Source: Camelus dromedarius
Taxonomy: Eukaryota
NCBI RefSeq assembly: GCF_036321535.1
Contig: NC_087437.1
Location: 70,682,001-70,746,000 of the forward strand
Direction of reading: 5' to 3'
Length of the DNA: 64,000 bases
Within the stretch, counting starts at the first letter, position 1; each line of letters starts with the position of its first letter. The translations under genes were made by a program, and so were the position numbers. Below are positions 61,871 to 64,000 of the stretch, piece by piece. The notes below the pieces were generated by a model. It was not told the DNA's origin. It ran no database searches and saw only the letters and a program-made list of their open reading frames with translations.

Positions 61871-63269
61871 AGCCTCCTCTTCATCACTTATTCCTGTGCT
61901 GTAGTGTTTTGGTTAATATCCATTAGGGAAAAACCTACACACGTGTGTGCATACACGTACACATACACGCAGACAAGCCCACACCCCATCCACCCAGCAA
62001 TGCCTGCTTACTCCAGCTGTGGGCTTAAACCTCACCTATGTGTTAATTTCAATGTCTTCCTAAGCAGAGAACATACAAGGACACCATGCTTTAGATGAGG
62101 TGGATTTGCTGCTATGTTCAGTCTTTATACTGGTTCCAAATACTTGATGCAGAACTGTTCAGTGGCTGGGCCTCACTCCTGTTACCTACTAACTCTGGTT
62201 GTTCTCATCTCATTGCTTAAGTCCTTCCTAAACTATAAATTCTGTTAAGCATGATCTAGTCCGATCTATTGATGGTTTCACCATGGTAGTTTGAGCATAA
62301 TAAATAAATGTAAGGTAAATGAGTGAATTAATGAATGAATGTTCTTCTATTTCCAGCCCCTTCATTTAGGTCCTAGTCCTGGCTACCTGATATTCTAAAT
62401 GCTAAACTCATTGTCCACCTAGGCCACTGTGTTCACTATCCCTAGTTATTATTCTGTCTTCTAGTCCAAACTCTGCTAGTTAGTTTTCTCTCATTGCCTG
62501 ATTTGAAACTCTCAACACTGAAATCCAGTCAGTATAGTAGGACTACCCTCCTATCTGCTCCATCTCTTCCTTTGTGAAACCACGAACACTACCCTTAGAA
62601 CTGTGTTTCTTATTCCTCTGCCTGTGCCTTCTTCCCATTTGAAATTTGAACTTTAATCTTACGAGTGATTTATTATCCATTTGCGTTTTCATCTGATGCC
62701 CTTGGTCCTAACCTTAACTTTGATCTTCATACCATGTTATTCACATACCCCTTTCTATATTTATTATATTTTGAGAAAAATATGCTTATGTCAATAGTAA
62801 GTAAGTGAAAGCTGATATCAAGCCTGATCTGAAAGAAGCAGCATTCAACCACGTTGGCAGACCATGTGTTGGGCCATTTGTTATGCCTCCACAATGGTCC
62901 TTATCTTAGCTCCTTGATAAACATCAGAGATCTGATATCCTGAACCTGGTCTCAGTTGCCCTATACCTGCTCTATCCCTAGGCTAGTACTAACAACATCC
63001 AAAGCTTAATTAATGTAAAATTTAATTGGGAAATGTTGGCATTAGTGTAGAGTATGTCTAGCAGTAAATATCACATGTGAAAGTGAGAGGAACTAAAAAT
63101 AAAATCCCACCTTGTTGCAGCTGGTCAAAACCACTGACCATCACATGTTGATATATTTATTGTGTGCCCTTTATTGTCACTTTTTATTGGGGGAGGTGCT
63201 TTTCTGAAAAAGGGAGAAAAGATTTTTTAAAAAGAAGAGAAGAGGGCCAATTTAAATACAGAAACAAGT

Positions 63270-63760
63270 ATGATGCTAAACTTAATTAGTATTTGTCACA
63301 ATAGTTAACAGTGTTACTATTATCAAAGACAATACCTGCTTACAAGGAGCTTCTAGTTTATATAGCCTTATTGTAGAGATTAGTAATTAGATCCTAAAAC
63401 TAATTAGGTGGAAATTACTAGTCTGTAATTATGCACTAAAACGAGCAGTAAGGAAAGGCAGTGCGTGCTTATAAGAATTCACATCAGGGTGGCTTCTAAT
63501 GGCATGTGGAAGGCTTGATAGAAGAGAGAGAACTCTAGCTGTTGATGTAAAAGTTGGGCATTGAAGGATAAAGGAAAAAGGGTCTTTTGGAGAGAAGGAA
63601 AACTGGAATGTGATGGTGTGATATCAGAAAACAGGGAAGTGGGGGGAATGAAGGAAAATTTTGACCTGAAGGCACAGCAATGGGAGTGAAGGCGATGTGC
63701 ACAGAAAGTGATGAAATTAGAAATGAGATCCATTTTGGCGAATATTAGGATATGAGTGTG
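63270..63760 (-). mobile_element. Degenerate L2 fragment
   Basis: 'aagacaatacctgcttacaaggagcttctagttt...tggaaggcttgatagaagagagagaactctagctg'. Confidence 0.55.
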
Positions 63761-63784
63761 AAAAGGCAGGTGGAGTACAAAATG

Positions 63785-63955
63785 TATTCCTTGTGTTTCT
63801 AGGTATATTATTCAAAAGAAAGGAAAGTGTATGTCCGTATAAAACGTGTACATGAATACTCATAGCAGTATTATTAATAATAGCCAAAAAGTGAAAGAAC
63901 TCAAATGCTCATTGTCTGATGGATGAGTAAATGAAATGGTATATACAAAAAAAAT
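63785..63955 (+). mobile_element. Old L1M fragment (end of ORF2)
   Basis: 'ctaggtatattattcaaaagaaaggaaagtgtatgtccg...catgaatactcatagcagtattattaataatagccaaaaagtgaaagaactcaaatgctcat'. Confidence 0.75.
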
Positions 63956-64000
63956 GTATGCTTTGTGGATAATGAGAACAATTCCTGTCATACTGTTAGA

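Noticed and set aside
1..64000. Known miRNA/snoRNA genes, CRISPR arrays or prokaryotic-type systems
   Set aside because: I saw no mature miRNA or box C/D or H/ACA structure that I recognise and no repeat-spacer array, and the DNA is clearly mammalian. An Rfam/miRBase search would be needed to exclude RNA genes formally.

Overview
Mammalian, AT-rich, essentially non-coding genomic DNA, probably intronic or intergenic. One tRNA-derived SINE matching the camelid Vic-1 type, plus cetartiodactyl-type L1 3' ends, suggests a camelid (camel/alpaca/llama). I recognise no protein-coding gene, intact RNA gene or miRNA. The listed ORFs are short and are either chance ORFs or remnants of L1, L2 or LTR elements. 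The window is a mosaic of old repeats (many MIR and L2 fragments, LTR16, MLT1 and MER73/74-like LTRs, MER5A, MER20, MER53, a 3.7-kb internally deleted L1ME) separated by long repeat-poor unique blocks. The most notable unique block is at about 51.0-52.7 kb. It is CpG-enriched and promoter-like, with GC boxes, a perfect CNC-sMaf motif and three + strand exon-like units ending in consensus splice donors, which could be alternative first or 5'UTR exons of an unidentified gene or lncRNA. Other points of interest are two L1 insertions at the same endonuclease site inside a MIR, an L2 nested in an L2, and a CpG-retaining candidate conserved element at about 59.4-59.95 kb. Repeat family names come from recalled consensus sequences, not a database search, and boundaries of old repeats are approximate. 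The sequence alone does not support a genuinely new biological system.
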